In this document: piece after piece, positions 51,838 through 62,709 of the stretch | Position numbering within the stretch: the first letter of the stretch is position 1 | Layout of the letters: the number at the start of each line of letters is the position of its first letter | Assembly (NCBI GenBank): GCA_037441705.1 | Contig: JBBIRR010000020.1 | Location: 1-64,000, forward strand | Length of the DNA: 64,000 nt | Source of the DNA: Ignavibacteriales bacterium | GTDB taxonomy: Bacteria; Bacteroidota; Ignavibacteria; UBA10030; UBA6906 | Reading direction: 5' to 3' | Notes under the pieces: generated by a model | Database searches by the model: none | Seen by the model: the letters and a program-made list of their open reading frames with translations, nothing else | Told to the model about the DNA's origin: nothing | Program-made: the position numbers and the translations under genes

Positions 51838-52104
51838 ATGCCGACGATGGCGCTGATACTCTTGTTTGCTGTCTTCTGTCTGGGCTGCAAGGACGAAGGC
51901 ACTCCTCCGTCCGGCTATCGGCGCTCGATCGAGCTTGCCGTTGAAGACTACGGCACGACCGATGCCTGGCTGCGTGTGCGCTTCAGCGATGCGCCTCCGT
52001 ACGCATTCCGACTCCTGCGGGATGGGCAGACGGTTCTCAGCGTCAACTCCTCTCCCACAGATACACTCGTTGCCGACGAGACTCCTCACGAAGTGATGCT
52101 ATGA
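51838..52104 (+). pseudogene. Short, probably truncated paralogous lipoprotein
   Basis: Lipobox CLGC; IELAVEDYGTTDAWLR matches LALQAIDASCTEAWLK of the upstream relic. Confidence 0.55.
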
Positions 52105-52246
52105 ACTGACGAGTAATCCCGCCGCGCTTTGGCGGGGCTGTTGCTGACAAAGTAGCATTCGAGCGACACCCGTTCGCTTTGGGCGGAAGACCTATCGCTC
52201 TACACACTGAAGGGCGAGCTCGGCAACGGCTTGCGCGCTTCGTTTC

Positions 52247-52275
52247 TTGCAGCTACTTTCCGCTTTTCATATCTT
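52247..52275 (+). promoter_or_regulatory. Candidate sigma70 promoter for hutI-ftcD
   Basis: TTGCAG-N17-TATCTT about 45 bp upstream of the hutI start. Confidence 0.45.
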
Positions 52276-52319
52276 GAACATGCAATCGAATCCAGCCTCG
52301 TGCATAACATCAACACGTA

Positions 52320-53567
52320 GTGAATCTTTTCATCAAGAATATCTCCCAGCTTGTCACGGTAGCATCGCGTGGCGCCAGATCGAAATCCGGTGCGGAAATG
52401 CAAAACCTGGGATTGCTGAACAATGCCGGCGTGCTGTGTGAGAATGGAAAGATCGCATGGGTCGGAGAGATGAAGGATTGGAATCGGTCGCTGCCGGAGA
52501 GTTTCAATGAGCTGGATGCGAGGGGAAAGGTCGTGCTGCCCGGCTTCGTGGATTCCCACACGCACATGATGTTCGCCGGAAACCGTGCCCAGGAGTTTGC
52601 ACTCCGTTCACAAGGGGCGACGTACCAGCAGATCGCCGAAGCCGGTGGGGGCATTCTCAATACGATCACGCACGTCCGGGCTGCAAGCAAGAGAGAGCTG
52701 AAGAAACAAACTGCCCGCTACCTGAACGAGATGATGAAGCACGGCACAACGACGGTCGAGATCAAGTCGGGCTACGGCCTCGATTTCGATTCCGAAGTGA
52801 AGATGCTCGAAGCCATCAACGAGTTGCAGGACGAAGAGATGATGACGGTTGTGCCGACGTTTATCGGTGCGCACGCCTATCCTCCGGAATACCGACAGAA
52901 CACGCAGGCGTATGTTGATCTGATTCTTGAGAAGATGATTCCGTATGTTGGCAAGAAAAAGCTCGCTGCATTCTGTGATGTGTTTTGTGAGAAGGGATAT
53001 TTCGGAATTGCAGAGTCAGAAAAGATCTTGAACGAGGGAAAGAACTGGGGCATGATGCCGAAGATTCATGCAGAAGAATTAAGCCCGCTGGGCGGCGCCG
53101 AGCTTGCTGCACGCGTCGGGGCCGTGTCGGCCGACCATCTGGAACACGTTACAGATCAAGGAATTACGGCGCTTCGGGAATCCGGAGTTATCGCGACGCT
53201 GCTGCCGGGCGTTTCGTTCTTCTTGAACCACGGCTACGCACCGGCGCGCAAGCTGATTGATGCAGGTGTTGCGGTCGCGATTGCATCGGACTTCAACCCC
53301 GGCTCATGCATGTCCTTCTCGATGCCGCTGATGATGACGATTGCGTGCACGCAGATGCGTATGACGCCGGAGGAGGCGTTGGTTGCCTGCACACTGAACG
53401 GCGCCGCCGCACTGAATCTCTCCACCACACTCGGCAGCATCGAAGTCGGAAAGCGGGCGGACTTGATTGTCGCTGACGTGCCCGAGTACCGCTTTCTTGC
53501 ATATCACTTTGGCATCAATCACGTCGTCACGACGATCAAGAACGGAACGATTCTCGAATTCTCATAG
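52320..53567 (+). CDS. hutI: Imidazolonepropionase
   Basis: PGFVDSHTH, GTTTVEIKSGYGL, DVFCEKG, HAEEL, SADHLE, SDFNPGS. Confidence 0.96.
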   Translation: MNLFIKNISQLVTVASRGARSKSGAEMQNLGLLNNAGVLCENGKIAWVGEMKDWNRSLPESFNELDARGKVVLPGFVDSHTHMMFAGNRAQEFALRSQGATYQQIAEAGGGILNTITHVRAASKRELKKQTARYLNEMMKHGTTTVEIKSGYGLDFDSEVKMLEAINELQDEEMMTVVPTFIGAHAYPPEYRQNTQAYVDLILEKMIPYVGKKKLAAFCDVFCEKGYFGIAESEKILNEGKNWGMMPKIHAEELSPLGGAELAARVGAVSADHLEHVTDQGITALRESGVIATLLPGVSFFLNHGYAPARKLIDAGVAVAIASDFNPGSCMSFSMPLMMTIACTQMRMTPEEALVACTLNGAAALNLSTTLGSIEVGKRADLIVADVPEYRFLAYHFGINHVVTTIKNGTILEFS

Positions 53568-53581
53568 TCAACGGAGCATAC

Positions 53582-54601
53582 ATGCCGCGTTTAGTTGAAT
53601 GTGTCCCAAACTTCAGCGAAGGCAGAAACATTCGCGTCATCAACGAGATTGCGGGAGCCATCACGTCGGTTCCGGGTGTCAAGTTCATCAGCGCGGAACC
53701 GGACAAGGACTACAACCGCACCGTTGTTACGTTCATCGGTCCGCCGGACGAAGTGGTCGAGGCGGCGTTTCAAGCCACGAAGAAAGCCGCCGGGTTGATT
53801 GACATGACCGTGCACAAGGGCGGTCACCCACGCATCGGTGCAACCGATGTTGTGCCGTTCGTACCGCTGCAAGGAGTGACGATGCAGGATTGCGTGAAGC
53901 TCGCACATGAGTTCGGCAAACGGGTGGGAGACGAGCTGTGCATTCCCGTCTACTTGTACGAAGAAGCGGCTACACGACCGGAGCGAAAGAATCTTGCCAA
54001 CATTCGAAAAGGAGAATATGAAGGTCTTGCCGAGAAGTTGAAGGACCCCGCGTGGCGGCCGGACTACGGTCCGGCGGAGTTCAATGCGCGCAGCGGCGCC
54101 ACCGTGACAGGGGCGCGGGTATTTCTCATCGCCTACAACGTCAACCTCAATACCAACGACAAAAGCATCGCCGACGAGATAGCATACCGCATTCGCGAGA
54201 GCGGCCGCGTGAAGAAGGACGCCAACGGCAATCCCGTGCTGGATGCCTCAGGAAAGAAGGTGACGATTCCCGGCTCGCTGAAAGCCGTGAAGGCGATGGG
54301 CGTGCTGCTTGAGGCGCACAACATTGCGCAGGTCTCGATCAATCTTACCAACTTTTCTATCACGCCCCCGCATGTTGCGTTCGAGGAGGTGAAGAAGGAA
54401 GCGGCGACGCTGGGCGTGGAAGTGACGGGAAGTGAGATCGTCGGCCTGACGCCGCTTGAAGCGCTGCTGATGGCGGGGCGATTCTACGCGCCGGATGTCG
54501 CCGATGAAAAACAACTCATCGCCATCGCCGTAGAGAAGCTCGGTCTCAGTCAGCTTGAGAAGTTCGACCCACAAAAGAAAATTATCGAATATCAACTCTA
54601 A
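53582..54601 (+). CDS. Glutamate formiminotransferase (FTCD N-terminal module)
   Basis: LVECVPNFSEGR, DYNRTVVT, HPRIGATDVVPFVP, LIAYNVNL, QVSINL. Confidence 0.95.
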   Translation: MPRLVECVPNFSEGRNIRVINEIAGAITSVPGVKFISAEPDKDYNRTVVTFIGPPDEVVEAAFQATKKAAGLIDMTVHKGGHPRIGATDVVPFVPLQGVTMQDCVKLAHEFGKRVGDELCIPVYLYEEAATRPERKNLANIRKGEYEGLAEKLKDPAWRPDYGPAEFNARSGATVTGARVFLIAYNVNLNTNDKSIADEIAYRIRESGRVKKDANGNPVLDASGKKVTIPGSLKAVKAMGVLLEAHNIAQVSINLTNFSITPPHVAFEEVKKEAATLGVEVTGSEIVGLTPLEALLMAGRFYAPDVADEKQLIAIAVEKLGLSQLEKFDPQKKIIEYQL

Positions 54602-54610
54602 AGACACGCT

Positions 54611-55246
54611 ATGGCCAACAACAAGAAAACCTTGCAAGGGTTCCTGGATGAGCTTGCTTCGCCATCGCCGGCGCCGGGTGGTGGAAGCGTTGCCGCGCTC
54701 GCGGGGGCGCTGGGCGCCGCTCTGACCTCAATGGTGTGCAATCTGACCATCGGCAAGAAAAAGTACGCAGGCGTGGAGGAGAGTATGAAAGCGATTCTGA
54801 AGGAGTCGGAGGACCTGCGTTCCCGCTTTACGGTGTTGATCGAGAAAGATACCGAGGCATTCAACAAGGTGATGGAGGCGTTCAACCTTCCGAAAGAAAA
54901 CGATGCCCAACGCGCATTGCGCGAGGCCGCAATCGTCGCGGCAACGAAGGAGGCGACGTTAGTGCCGTTGGAGGTGATGAAGCATTGCATTGACGGCCTT
55001 GCGCTTGCCCAGAAGGTTGCGGCAAACGGCAATCGGAATTCGGTCAGTGATGCGGGCGTCAGCGCGCTGATGCTGCAGGCCGCATGCGAAAGCGCAGCGC
55101 TGAACGTCAAGATCAATCTCAGGAGTCTCTCCGACACGGAATTCGTTCACTGGAAAACGGAGGAGATGGAATCCATCCTCAAAACAAGCCGGAAGATGCT
55201 GGAGGAGACGCAGGCGGTCGTGGCCGCAACCATGGCAGCAGCTTAG
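54611..55246 (+). CDS. Formiminotetrahydrofolate cyclodeaminase / cyclohydrolase (FTCD C-terminal module)
   Basis: LASPSPAPGGGSVAALAGAL, GNRNSVSDAGV, NVKINL. Confidence 0.93.
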   Translation: MANNKKTLQGFLDELASPSPAPGGGSVAALAGALGAALTSMVCNLTIGKKKYAGVEESMKAILKESEDLRSRFTVLIEKDTEAFNKVMEAFNLPKENDAQRALREAAIVAATKEATLVPLEVMKHCIDGLALAQKVAANGNRNSVSDAGVSALMLQAACESAALNVKINLRSLSDTEFVHWKTEEMESILKTSRKMLEETQAVVAATMAAA

Positions 55247-56811
55247 TGCCGGAGATTCACCTTGAACAGATACCAGGGTTGATTCCAGGATGTGAACCCA
55301 TCAAGCTCTTTGACGAGCTGCAGGTCATCTTCAGCGTAGTCCGTCGAGTGGCTTTTGATGAAGCTGAAATCTACTTTCCAGCCCACGATGTACTGAACGC
55401 GCATCGCTTTGATGTAGTCCATGTTCCGGCGCTCAACAAGTGAGCGATAGCAGGATGCATTCACGACGCCGTCAAGGTTGATGACACGGAGATTGTCGGC
55501 AAAATAGCCGATCGCCCCCGATTGTTGAGCACCGAGAATTGTTCCTTCCGGAAATTCCCGTCGAGCCCACAAGCCCAGGTTCATGTACCCACGAGTCTGC
55601 GTATCCGTCGATGTGATCAAATCGCGGAACGTCGGCTGCATTATGTTCAGGACCACGAGTACGACGACAAGAATACTCGCCCAACGAACGCCGGTCCGAT
55701 GTGAACCGTAGAGAAGGAAGAATCGGTCGAGGGCGATGCCCATCACAAGAAAGACAGCGACTCCGATGGGAAACAGGTAACGCTCGTAGAACCACGAGGT
55801 GAAAATGTAGCACGTATAAGCGCCGACCAGCAGCAGCACGAACAGAAGCACAGGCGTGATCGTATGGAAGGGAGCGATAAATGCTCTTACCCCTTCTTTT
55901 CTCACCACAAAGAATGCGATGATCGCCAGCACAAGGAGGTGCATGCCGTTCTTGCGAACGAGAACTCCTGCTGCACGCCGCATCATAGGAAGGTACAGAT
56001 TGAACAACGTCGGTTGGTGCTGAACATCCCAGAGAGAATTGAAGCGGACCGCCTTGCCGCTTATGGGATAGATAAGTCCCGTGTATGCGTAGGAATACAG
56101 AAGCCAGGGAATGACGATGATGGCTGAACCGAGGGTGATGAGCAGCAGCGAGCGCACAAGGGTATTGTTCTTGCGATACCGCCAGAACATAACAGCGACA
56201 ACACTCAATGCCAGGAATCCGTTATCAATGCGCGCAAGAATTGCCAGCCCCAGGAGAATGCCGAGGACAATGTACCGGCCTGTCGTCGAAGACCCGCTGT
56301 TTGTTTCGATCATTGCGTGAAAGAAGGACAGAGACGCGAGCATGAAGAACACTGCCATCATCGTTTCAAGTCCGTTCAGAGTTGTGCCGATGACATACGG
56401 GCTGAAGATCCACGCCGCCGCGACGATGCGCGGAGGGTATGCTGTTGCGCTGAGTTTTTGTACAAGGCGATAGAGAACGTACAGCGCAGCTGTATCGAAC
56501 GCTATCAGCAGAAAGAACGAGGATCGTATCGGAGCGAAGTAGTCGGCGGGAAAGAGCCGGAAGAACGGCACCATCAAAAACACATAGAGTGGCTGGAAGC
56601 CGTTGGTATGTTCCAGGCCGTACAGCGGACCGAGGCCGCGTGCGATGTTTCGTGCAATGGTGAGTGAAAGGTACGCGTCGTCGGGGATGACGAGACCATC
56701 GAGGTATTCGATCGGACGGAGGGCAACGATGCCGCGAACGAGGGCGTTCAGGATAAGCAGTCCCGCGACGATTCTCCTATCTTTTTGCTGGAGCGACAAA
56801 CCGGATTGCAT
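55243..56811 (-). CDS. Polytopic GT-C-type glycosyltransferase (ArnT/family 39-like)
   Basis: DDAY after TM1, TNGFQPLY, NGLET, LARID; many TM helices; C-terminal SGAIGYF..INLDG. Confidence 0.78.
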   Translation of the reverse strand: MQSGLSLQQKDRRIVAGLLILNALVRGIVALRPIEYLDGLVIPDDAYLSLTIARNIARGLGPLYGLEHTNGFQPLYVFLMVPFFRLFPADYFAPIRSSFFLLIAFDTAALYVLYRLVQKLSATAYPPRIVAAAWIFSPYVIGTTLNGLETMMAVFFMLASLSFFHAMIETNSGSSTTGRYIVLGILLGLAILARIDNGFLALSVVAVMFWRYRKNNTLVRSLLLITLGSAIIVIPWLLYSYAYTGLIYPISGKAVRFNSLWDVQHQPTLFNLYLPMMRRAAGVLVRKNGMHLLVLAIIAFFVVRKEGVRAFIAPFHTITPVLLFVLLLVGAYTCYIFTSWFYERYLFPIGVAVFLVMGIALDRFFLLYGSHRTGVRWASILVVVLVVLNIMQPTFRDLITSTDTQTRGYMNLGLWARREFPEGTILGAQQSGAIGYFADNLRVINLDGVVNASCYRSLVERRNMDYIKAMRVQYIVGWKVDFSFIKSHSTDYAEDDLQLVKELDGFTSWNQPWYLFKVNLRH

Positions 56812-56820
56812 AGGTCACGG

Positions 56821-57528
56821 TCAGGACATCACACAAAACGCTACCGAAACCATAGCCGCCGTTTCCGTCCGCAGGCGACGTGGGCCGAGCGTGATGGGCT
56901 GAAATCCTGCCGAGCGCGCTTGTGCGATTTCGCTGTCGCTGAAGCCCCCTTCCGGACCGATGCATACAGTAACGCGCTGATGTTCCCGCGTGCGCAGCAT
57001 GTCGGTGATCGACGGCGATGCGATAAGCTCATGCGGAATGAGGTTCAGAGAAGAGGGTGATATGGAAGAGAGGAACGAACCGAAGGCTTGCGCTTCCTGC
57101 ACCGTCGGCAGAACGCAGCGCATGCTTTGCTTCATAGCAGAAAGCGCCAGCTTCTGCCATCGGTCGGTGCGTGCGTGCTGCGGTATCGTCCGTTCCGTCC
57201 TGAGCGGAACAATCGTCTTCACACCCAGCTCGGTACACTTTTCGACGAGAAAGTCAAACTTTGAACCGTTCTTCAGGAGTGCCACGGCAAGCGTAATCTC
57301 AACCTCCGGCTCGTTCAGGCGATGATGGTGCTGCACGATTGCGCAGCGAGCACTCCGCTTCGTGATCGCTTCGATGCGCACATCGTACGCGTTGCCCGAT
57401 CCATCCGCAACGCGAATACGATCGCCCTCCTTCTTGCGCATGACGTGTGTAAGATGGGCAAACTCGTCGCCATCGATGACCAGAAAACCTGAGGAGACGT
57501 TGTGGGGCGGCGTGTAGAAGCAATCCAT
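56821..57528 (-). CDS. rsmE: 16S rRNA m3U1498 methyltransferase
   Basis: HLTHVMR, EKCTELGV, IGPEGGFS, LGPRRLRTETA. Confidence 0.96.
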   Translation of the reverse strand: MDCFYTPPHNVSSGFLVIDGDEFAHLTHVMRKKEGDRIRVADGSGNAYDVRIEAITKRSARCAIVQHHHRLNEPEVEITLAVALLKNGSKFDFLVEKCTELGVKTIVPLRTERTIPQHARTDRWQKLALSAMKQSMRCVLPTVQEAQAFGSFLSSISPSSLNLIPHELIASPSITDMLRTREHQRVTVCIGPEGGFSDSEIAQARSAGFQPITLGPRRLRTETAAMVSVAFCVMS

Positions 57529-58847
57529 CAGAACGATGAGCGCAGGTCGAAAATGAACTGTCCGCGACCGAACTTATTCCAAGCGTACTCCGTGCGCATC
57601 ACCACATCGTAGGGCAGAAGGAAGACGATGCCGCCGCCGTAACCGGAGGCAAATCGGTGAAAGGTCAGCTTCTCGCCACGGAACCACGTTGTTCCCGCGT
57701 CGGCAAACACTTCAAGGCTGATCCCGAACCGCCACACGGCAAACTCCTGCGGAATATCGATCGCGGTAAAATGAATCACGCGAGGCTTCAACAGCGGCCA
57801 GCGGAGTTCTGCCGACGCGCCCGTAATGTTTTCTCCTTCCAGAACTTCCTTGAAGAAGCCGCGTATGCGCTCGCCATACCCGAAGTACGAGCGTGCGTAT
57901 GTCGGTATCATGCCGCCGGAAACGATCGAACCAAAGGCACGAGCGGCCAGTGTAAAATCCAGCGGAAGGGGCGTGAAGCGGCGAACGTCGGCGCCCAGAC
58001 GCGTGAAGCTCAGGAGGGATTCACCGAAACCGTACTTTGTGACGTACACACTCGCGTACGTGCCTCTGGTTGAATAATCGCGCAAATCGCGCGTGTCGTG
58101 CGAGAAGCTGAGCGTGCCGTAGATAAATTTGTCCGAACCATTAGCATTGACGGTACGTCCCGGCTGGTGTTCGGTGACGTCCACAATCTGAAAGCCGAGA
58201 TTGACGCCGAGCGTGTTGTACAGATCGAATCTCTTGCCGAGCGATGCGTTGATGTCGTAATGCAGCTCGTCGAAGTTCGGCGTGTTGATGACGGCGACGG
58301 CACTTCGATTCCGCACACGGAAGTAGGATAGCGACCCGTTGAAGTACAGGTTGTTCTCGCGATCGATCCACGGATCGGCATACTGGAACACGAGGGAGGG
58401 ATTGTACCCGAAGACGATCGAGCCGAAGAGCTTCTGATTCATTCCCCGGAAGTTGTTGTGCAGAATGCCCGCGCCGTAGTACGGCTTCTTCGGATCGCCA
58501 TCGCGAAACCCAAACAACGGCAGCGGAATGATATACCACCGCTCGTTCACATCCACAATCAGCACGTTCTTTCCGTCGAAAGGAACGACGGACATATCCA
58601 CGCGCGTGAACAGGCCGATGCTGTAAATACGGCTGCGGTCGTACTCGATCAGCTCCGGCGTCGCTTCCATGCCGGGCTTCAACGTCATCTCGCGGAGGAT
58701 CACCGCCTCCTTCGTCTTCTCATTACCCAACACGATCACCGTGTCAATGATGCCGTACGTGGCAGGCTGAACAAGGAGCGCCGAATCCGTCTGTGCCGAA
58801 AGCGACGAGGCCAGAAAGAACGATATGAATGAACAAACGAATCTCAT
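57528..58847 (-). CDS. Omp85 family protein (single POTRA plus BamA/TamA-like barrel)
   Basis: Signal peptide; GNEKTKEAVILRE (POTRA), DTRD, IRGF, terminal Phe. Confidence 0.82.
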   Translation of the reverse strand: MRFVCSFISFFLASSLSAQTDSALLVQPATYGIIDTVIVLGNEKTKEAVILREMTLKPGMEATPELIEYDRSRIYSIGLFTRVDMSVVPFDGKNVLIVDVNERWYIIPLPLFGFRDGDPKKPYYGAGILHNNFRGMNQKLFGSIVFGYNPSLVFQYADPWIDRENNLYFNGSLSYFRVRNRSAVAVINTPNFDELHYDINASLGKRFDLYNTLGVNLGFQIVDVTEHQPGRTVNANGSDKFIYGTLSFSHDTRDLRDYSTRGTYASVYVTKYGFGESLLSFTRLGADVRRFTPLPLDFTLAARAFGSIVSGGMIPTYARSYFGYGERIRGFFKEVLEGENITGASAELRWPLLKPRVIHFTAIDIPQEFAVWRFGISLEVFADAGTTWFRGEKLTFHRFASGYGGGIVFLLPYDVVMRTEYAWNKFGRGQFIFDLRSSF

Positions 58848-58964
58848 GACACCACAAGATACGAAAAAAACAAGAGACGCAGACCGCGAATCGGTGAACT
58901 CTCTTCCGTGCACACTCCCGCTTGGATTACCTCTGCACGCACATGCAGAGCCCGCACGCGGCCA

Positions 58965-61874
58965 TCACCCGCCCACCTTCTCCATCTCCGCCTCATACGC
59001 CTCGAGCGGAGGGCAGGCACACATGATGTTTCTGTCGCCGTACGAGTTGTTCACACGCCCAACAGCGGGCCAGAACTTGTTCTTCCGCACGTAGGGGAGA
59101 GGATAGACCGCCTTGTATCGTGTGTAGGGATGATTCCACGCTTCGCTCAGTGCCGCCCGCGCTGTGTGCGGCGCGTTCTTGAGCACGTTGTCGTTGCGGT
59201 CTGCTTTACCGTCAATGATCTCTTGAATCTCATTGCGGATCGCCAGCAGCGCGTCCGCAAAGCGATCAAGCTCGGCTTTCGACTCGCTTTCCGTCGGTTC
59301 GATCATGAGCGTGCCGGGGACGGGGAACGAGACCGTCGGGGCGTGGAAGCCGTAGTCCATCAGCCGCTTGCCGATGTCTTCCACCTCAACTCCCGCGCTG
59401 AGCTTGAACTCACGCGTGTCGAGGATGAACTCGTGACCGACTCTTCCGTTCACACCCTTGTATAAGACCTTGTATGCTTTCTCCAATCTCGCCTTGAGAT
59501 AGTTAGCATTGAGGATGGCATACTTCGTCGCGTTCGTTACGCCTTCGGCTCCGAGCATGGTAATGTAGGCGTAAGAGATCACCTGGATGCTTGCACTGCC
59601 CCACGGCGCTGCGGCAACGGCATGAATGGCCGTCTCGCCGCCCGTCCTGACCAGCGGATGACCGGGAAGATACCGCGCAAGATGTTTTCGGACGCAAATG
59701 GGACCCATCCCGGGCCCGCCTCCACCATGCGGGATGCTGAATGTCTTGTGCAGATTGATGTGACACACGTCGGCACCGATCACGCCCGGACTCGTCAATC
59801 CGACCTGCGCATTCAGATTTGCTCCATCCATATACACCTGACCGCCATACTCATGGACGATGTCGCAGATTTCCATGATCGCCTCTTCGAAGACGCCGTG
59901 CGTGGAAGGATAGGTCACCATCAGTGCCGAGAGGTTGTTGCGGTGTTCCTTTGCTTTTGCACGCAGGTCCTCAACGTCAATGTTGCCCTGTGCATCCGTC
60001 TTTACGACGACGACGTGCATTCCCGCCATAACGGCGCTTGCGGGGTTCGTCCCGTGTGCCGATTGGGGGATGAGTGCGACGTTGCGGTGTCCTTCGCCCC
60101 GGTCGCAGTGGTATGCCCGTATCACCATCAATCCCGTGTACTCGCCCTGAGCACCCGAGTTCGGCTGGAGCGACGCAGCGTCGAGACCGGTAATGATACA
60201 CAACTGCTTTTCCAGCGCTTTGAATATTTCCTGATATCCGTCCGCTTGGTCCAGGGGCACAAACGGATGCAGCGAGCTGAACTCCCGCCATGTCACGGGC
60301 ATCAGTTCGGATGCGGCGTTCAGCTTCATCGTGCACGAGCCGAGCGGAATCATCGAGTGCGTGAGCGAGAGATCCTTGTTCTCCAGCGACTTGATGTAGC
60401 GCATCATCTCCGTTTCGGAGTGATAGGTATTGAACACGGGATGCGTGAGAAACGGGCTGTGCCGTGCAAACGGTTCCGGATACTCGATGGTGAGTCCGGC
60501 AAGCATCTCCGCAGTCCCGTCCAGCTCATACTTGATTTCCGCCGCCTGTGCAAGGATGGAAACGATCTGCTGCACATCGTCCGGCAGCGTCGTTTCATCG
60601 AGCGAGATGCCGATCGTATGCTCATCCATGTAGCGGAAGTTGACGCCAGCGGCTTCGGCAATGGCCCGAATGCGTTCGGCTGAGCCGACCTTGACGCGCA
60701 GCGTATCGAAAAACACGGCGTTCATTTGCTCGAAGCCGAGCTTGAGCAATTGCTTTTCAAGGGCAACCGTGAGGCCATGCACGTTGCGCGCAATGCGCTT
60801 CAACCCTTCTGGTCCGTGGTAGGCAGCGTACATGCCGGCCATGATTGCCAGCAGCGCTTGGGCCGTGCAGATGTTGGAGGTTGCTTTCTCACGCCGGATG
60901 TGCTGCTCGCGTGTTTGCAGCGTCATCCGATACGCTACACCGCCGTCGGCGTCAATGGAAACGCCGATGATGCGGCCCGGCATATAGCGGATGTACTCGT
61001 TCTTCGTTGCCATGAAGGCAGCGTGCGGTCCGCCATAGCCCATCGGCACGCCGAACCGCTGTGCCGAGCCAATGACGACGTCGGCACCGAATTCGCCCGG
61101 CGGCGTCAACAGCACGAGGCTGAGCAGGTCCGCCGCGACCACCACCTGCACGCCCTCATCATGCGCCATCTGGATAAAGTCCCGATAATCGCGCACGGCT
61201 CCATCCTGCGCCGGGTACTGCAGGATTGCCCCGAAGTAGCTCTCGTCGAGCCGATGGTTTACGTGACTTCCCTGCACCAACTCGATGCCCGAGGCCGAGG
61301 CTCGTGACTTGAGAACATCAATGGTTTGAGGAAAGAGCGTATCGGAGACGAAGAATTTCCGGGCGTTCTCTTTCGTCGGGTTTCTTCCGACGATGTGGTA
61401 CACCATCACCATCGCCTCGCCGGCCGCGGTTGCTTCATCCAGCAGCGACGCATTAGCGACCTCCATCTTTGTCAGATCAATCACCATCGTCTGGAAGTTC
61501 AGCAGCGCTTCGAGCCTGCCCTGAGCAATTTCCGGCTGATAGGGAGTGTACTGCGTGTACCAGCCGGGATTCTCCAGGATGTTGCGCTGGATGACGGGCG
61601 GTGTCACGGTGCCGTAGTATCCCAGCCCGATGTATGATTTGTACAGCTTATTCCTTTTCGCAATCTGCGCAAGCGAATTGAGGAAGCGGCTTTCACTCAC
61701 AGGTGCGGGTAACGGCAACGGCTCCTTCAGGCGAATGTTCGACGGGATCGTCTGATCAATCAATTCGTCGAGCGACCCAACACCGATCGTGTCCAACATC
61801 TCCTTCAACTCCTGCTCGGCAGGTCCGATATGACGGGACTGAAACTGTTCTTCTTCGAATGCAAACGTGTCCAT
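58965..61874 (-). CDS. gcvP: Glycine dehydrogenase (glycine cleavage P protein)
   Basis: [55 protein letters not shown]. Confidence 0.98.
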   Translation of the reverse strand: MDTFAFEEEQFQSRHIGPAEQELKEMLDTIGVGSLDELIDQTIPSNIRLKEPLPLPAPVSESRFLNSLAQIAKRNKLYKSYIGLGYYGTVTPPVIQRNILENPGWYTQYTPYQPEIAQGRLEALLNFQTMVIDLTKMEVANASLLDEATAAGEAMVMVYHIVGRNPTKENARKFFVSDTLFPQTIDVLKSRASASGIELVQGSHVNHRLDESYFGAILQYPAQDGAVRDYRDFIQMAHDEGVQVVVAADLLSLVLLTPPGEFGADVVIGSAQRFGVPMGYGGPHAAFMATKNEYIRYMPGRIIGVSIDADGGVAYRMTLQTREQHIRREKATSNICTAQALLAIMAGMYAAYHGPEGLKRIARNVHGLTVALEKQLLKLGFEQMNAVFFDTLRVKVGSAERIRAIAEAAGVNFRYMDEHTIGISLDETTLPDDVQQIVSILAQAAEIKYELDGTAEMLAGLTIEYPEPFARHSPFLTHPVFNTYHSETEMMRYIKSLENKDLSLTHSMIPLGSCTMKLNAASELMPVTWREFSSLHPFVPLDQADGYQEIFKALEKQLCIITGLDAASLQPNSGAQGEYTGLMVIRAYHCDRGEGHRNVALIPQSAHGTNPASAVMAGMHVVVVKTDAQGNIDVEDLRAKAKEHRNNLSALMVTYPSTHGVFEEAIMEICDIVHEYGGQVYMDGANLNAQVGLTSPGVIGADVCHINLHKTFSIPHGGGGPGMGPICVRKHLARYLPGHPLVRTGGETAIHAVAAAPWGSASIQVISYAYITMLGAEGVTNATKYAILNANYLKARLEKAYKVLYKGVNGRVGHEFILDTREFKLSAGVEVEDIGKRLMDYGFHAPTVSFPVPGTLMIEPTESESKAELDRFADALLAIRNEIQEIIDGKADRNDNVLKNAPHTARAALSEAWNHPYTRYKAVYPLPYVRKNKFWPAVGRVNNSYGDRNIMCACPPLEAYEAEMEKVGG

Positions 61875-62015
61875 GGGGTAACGAACTCAGCTGTGTTAGG
61901 GAACGAACTGGATGGAACATCATCCGCCGGCAGCGGATTTTCTTTGCTATGACAATGTAAGAAAAAAGAGATAAAAGTTGTTGGCGGAGAGGGGTAGGAC
62001 TTGAATCCACGCAGC

Positions 62016-62625
62016 TTCACCGAAACTTAAGCGCTTCGATTGAATCTTCCCCCCGCACACGCCTCGTCAGAGCCCGTCTGACGACGGCCTCTGCCGGAGT
62101 CTGAGGATCGACGATTTTAGCGGGTGCGGGTTCTGCCTCGTCACCCTGAGCGCAGTCCCGCCGCTTTTCAGGCGGGACGGAGTCGAAGGGTGTTCCGCGC
62201 AAACGGTGTAGGGACACGGCTCCGCCGTGTCCTGATGTGAGGAATGCTGAATGCTTGCGTCCGCTGCCGACGCTTTACTTGTTGTTACTTCTCTTTGGAA
62301 GAGAAGTAACCAAGAGAACATCCAAAATCGTAACGCACGATTCAATCGTCGCCCGCGTGCCGTACGTTTCGGTGGGAGAGGGCGTCGCTGTCCGAACACG
62401 ATGTGCATGTTCACCGAAACGTAACCCCTTCGATTGAATCTTCCCATCGCACTCGCACGACGATTTTTGCGGGCGCAGATTCTGTGGCGTCATTCTGAGC
62501 AAGCGCAGCGAGCGAAGAATCCAGAACGAGAATCAACCTGCATCCTGCATCCTGAATCCTGCATCGAACCTCAAACCTCAAACCCGGAACCGCGCTTGGA
62601 AAGCAGCGCTCAGCATGACGGGAGT
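62016..62625. repeat. Mosaic cluster of REP-like repeats (copy B, inverted relative to 50775-51452) with 7-bp tandem repeats
   Basis: 62110-62232 and 62279-62480 are near reverse complements of about 51150-51270 and 51250-51452; 62591-62621 is the reverse complement of 51007-51037; cctgcat / aacctca heptamers at 62537-62591. Confidence 0.85.
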
Positions 62626-62709
62626 CTCATTGGGGTGACAAAGGAGGGAAGCATGTCGGCCGGAATCGGCGTCGCAACGCATTGGCTGGCCGACGGAACC
62701 TTGAGCGTC

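Noticed and set aside
61875-62480. Glycine riboswitch upstream of gcvP
   Set aside because: I could not find the aptamer consensus on the minus strand; the structured sequence there matches the dispersed repeat also present at 51 kb
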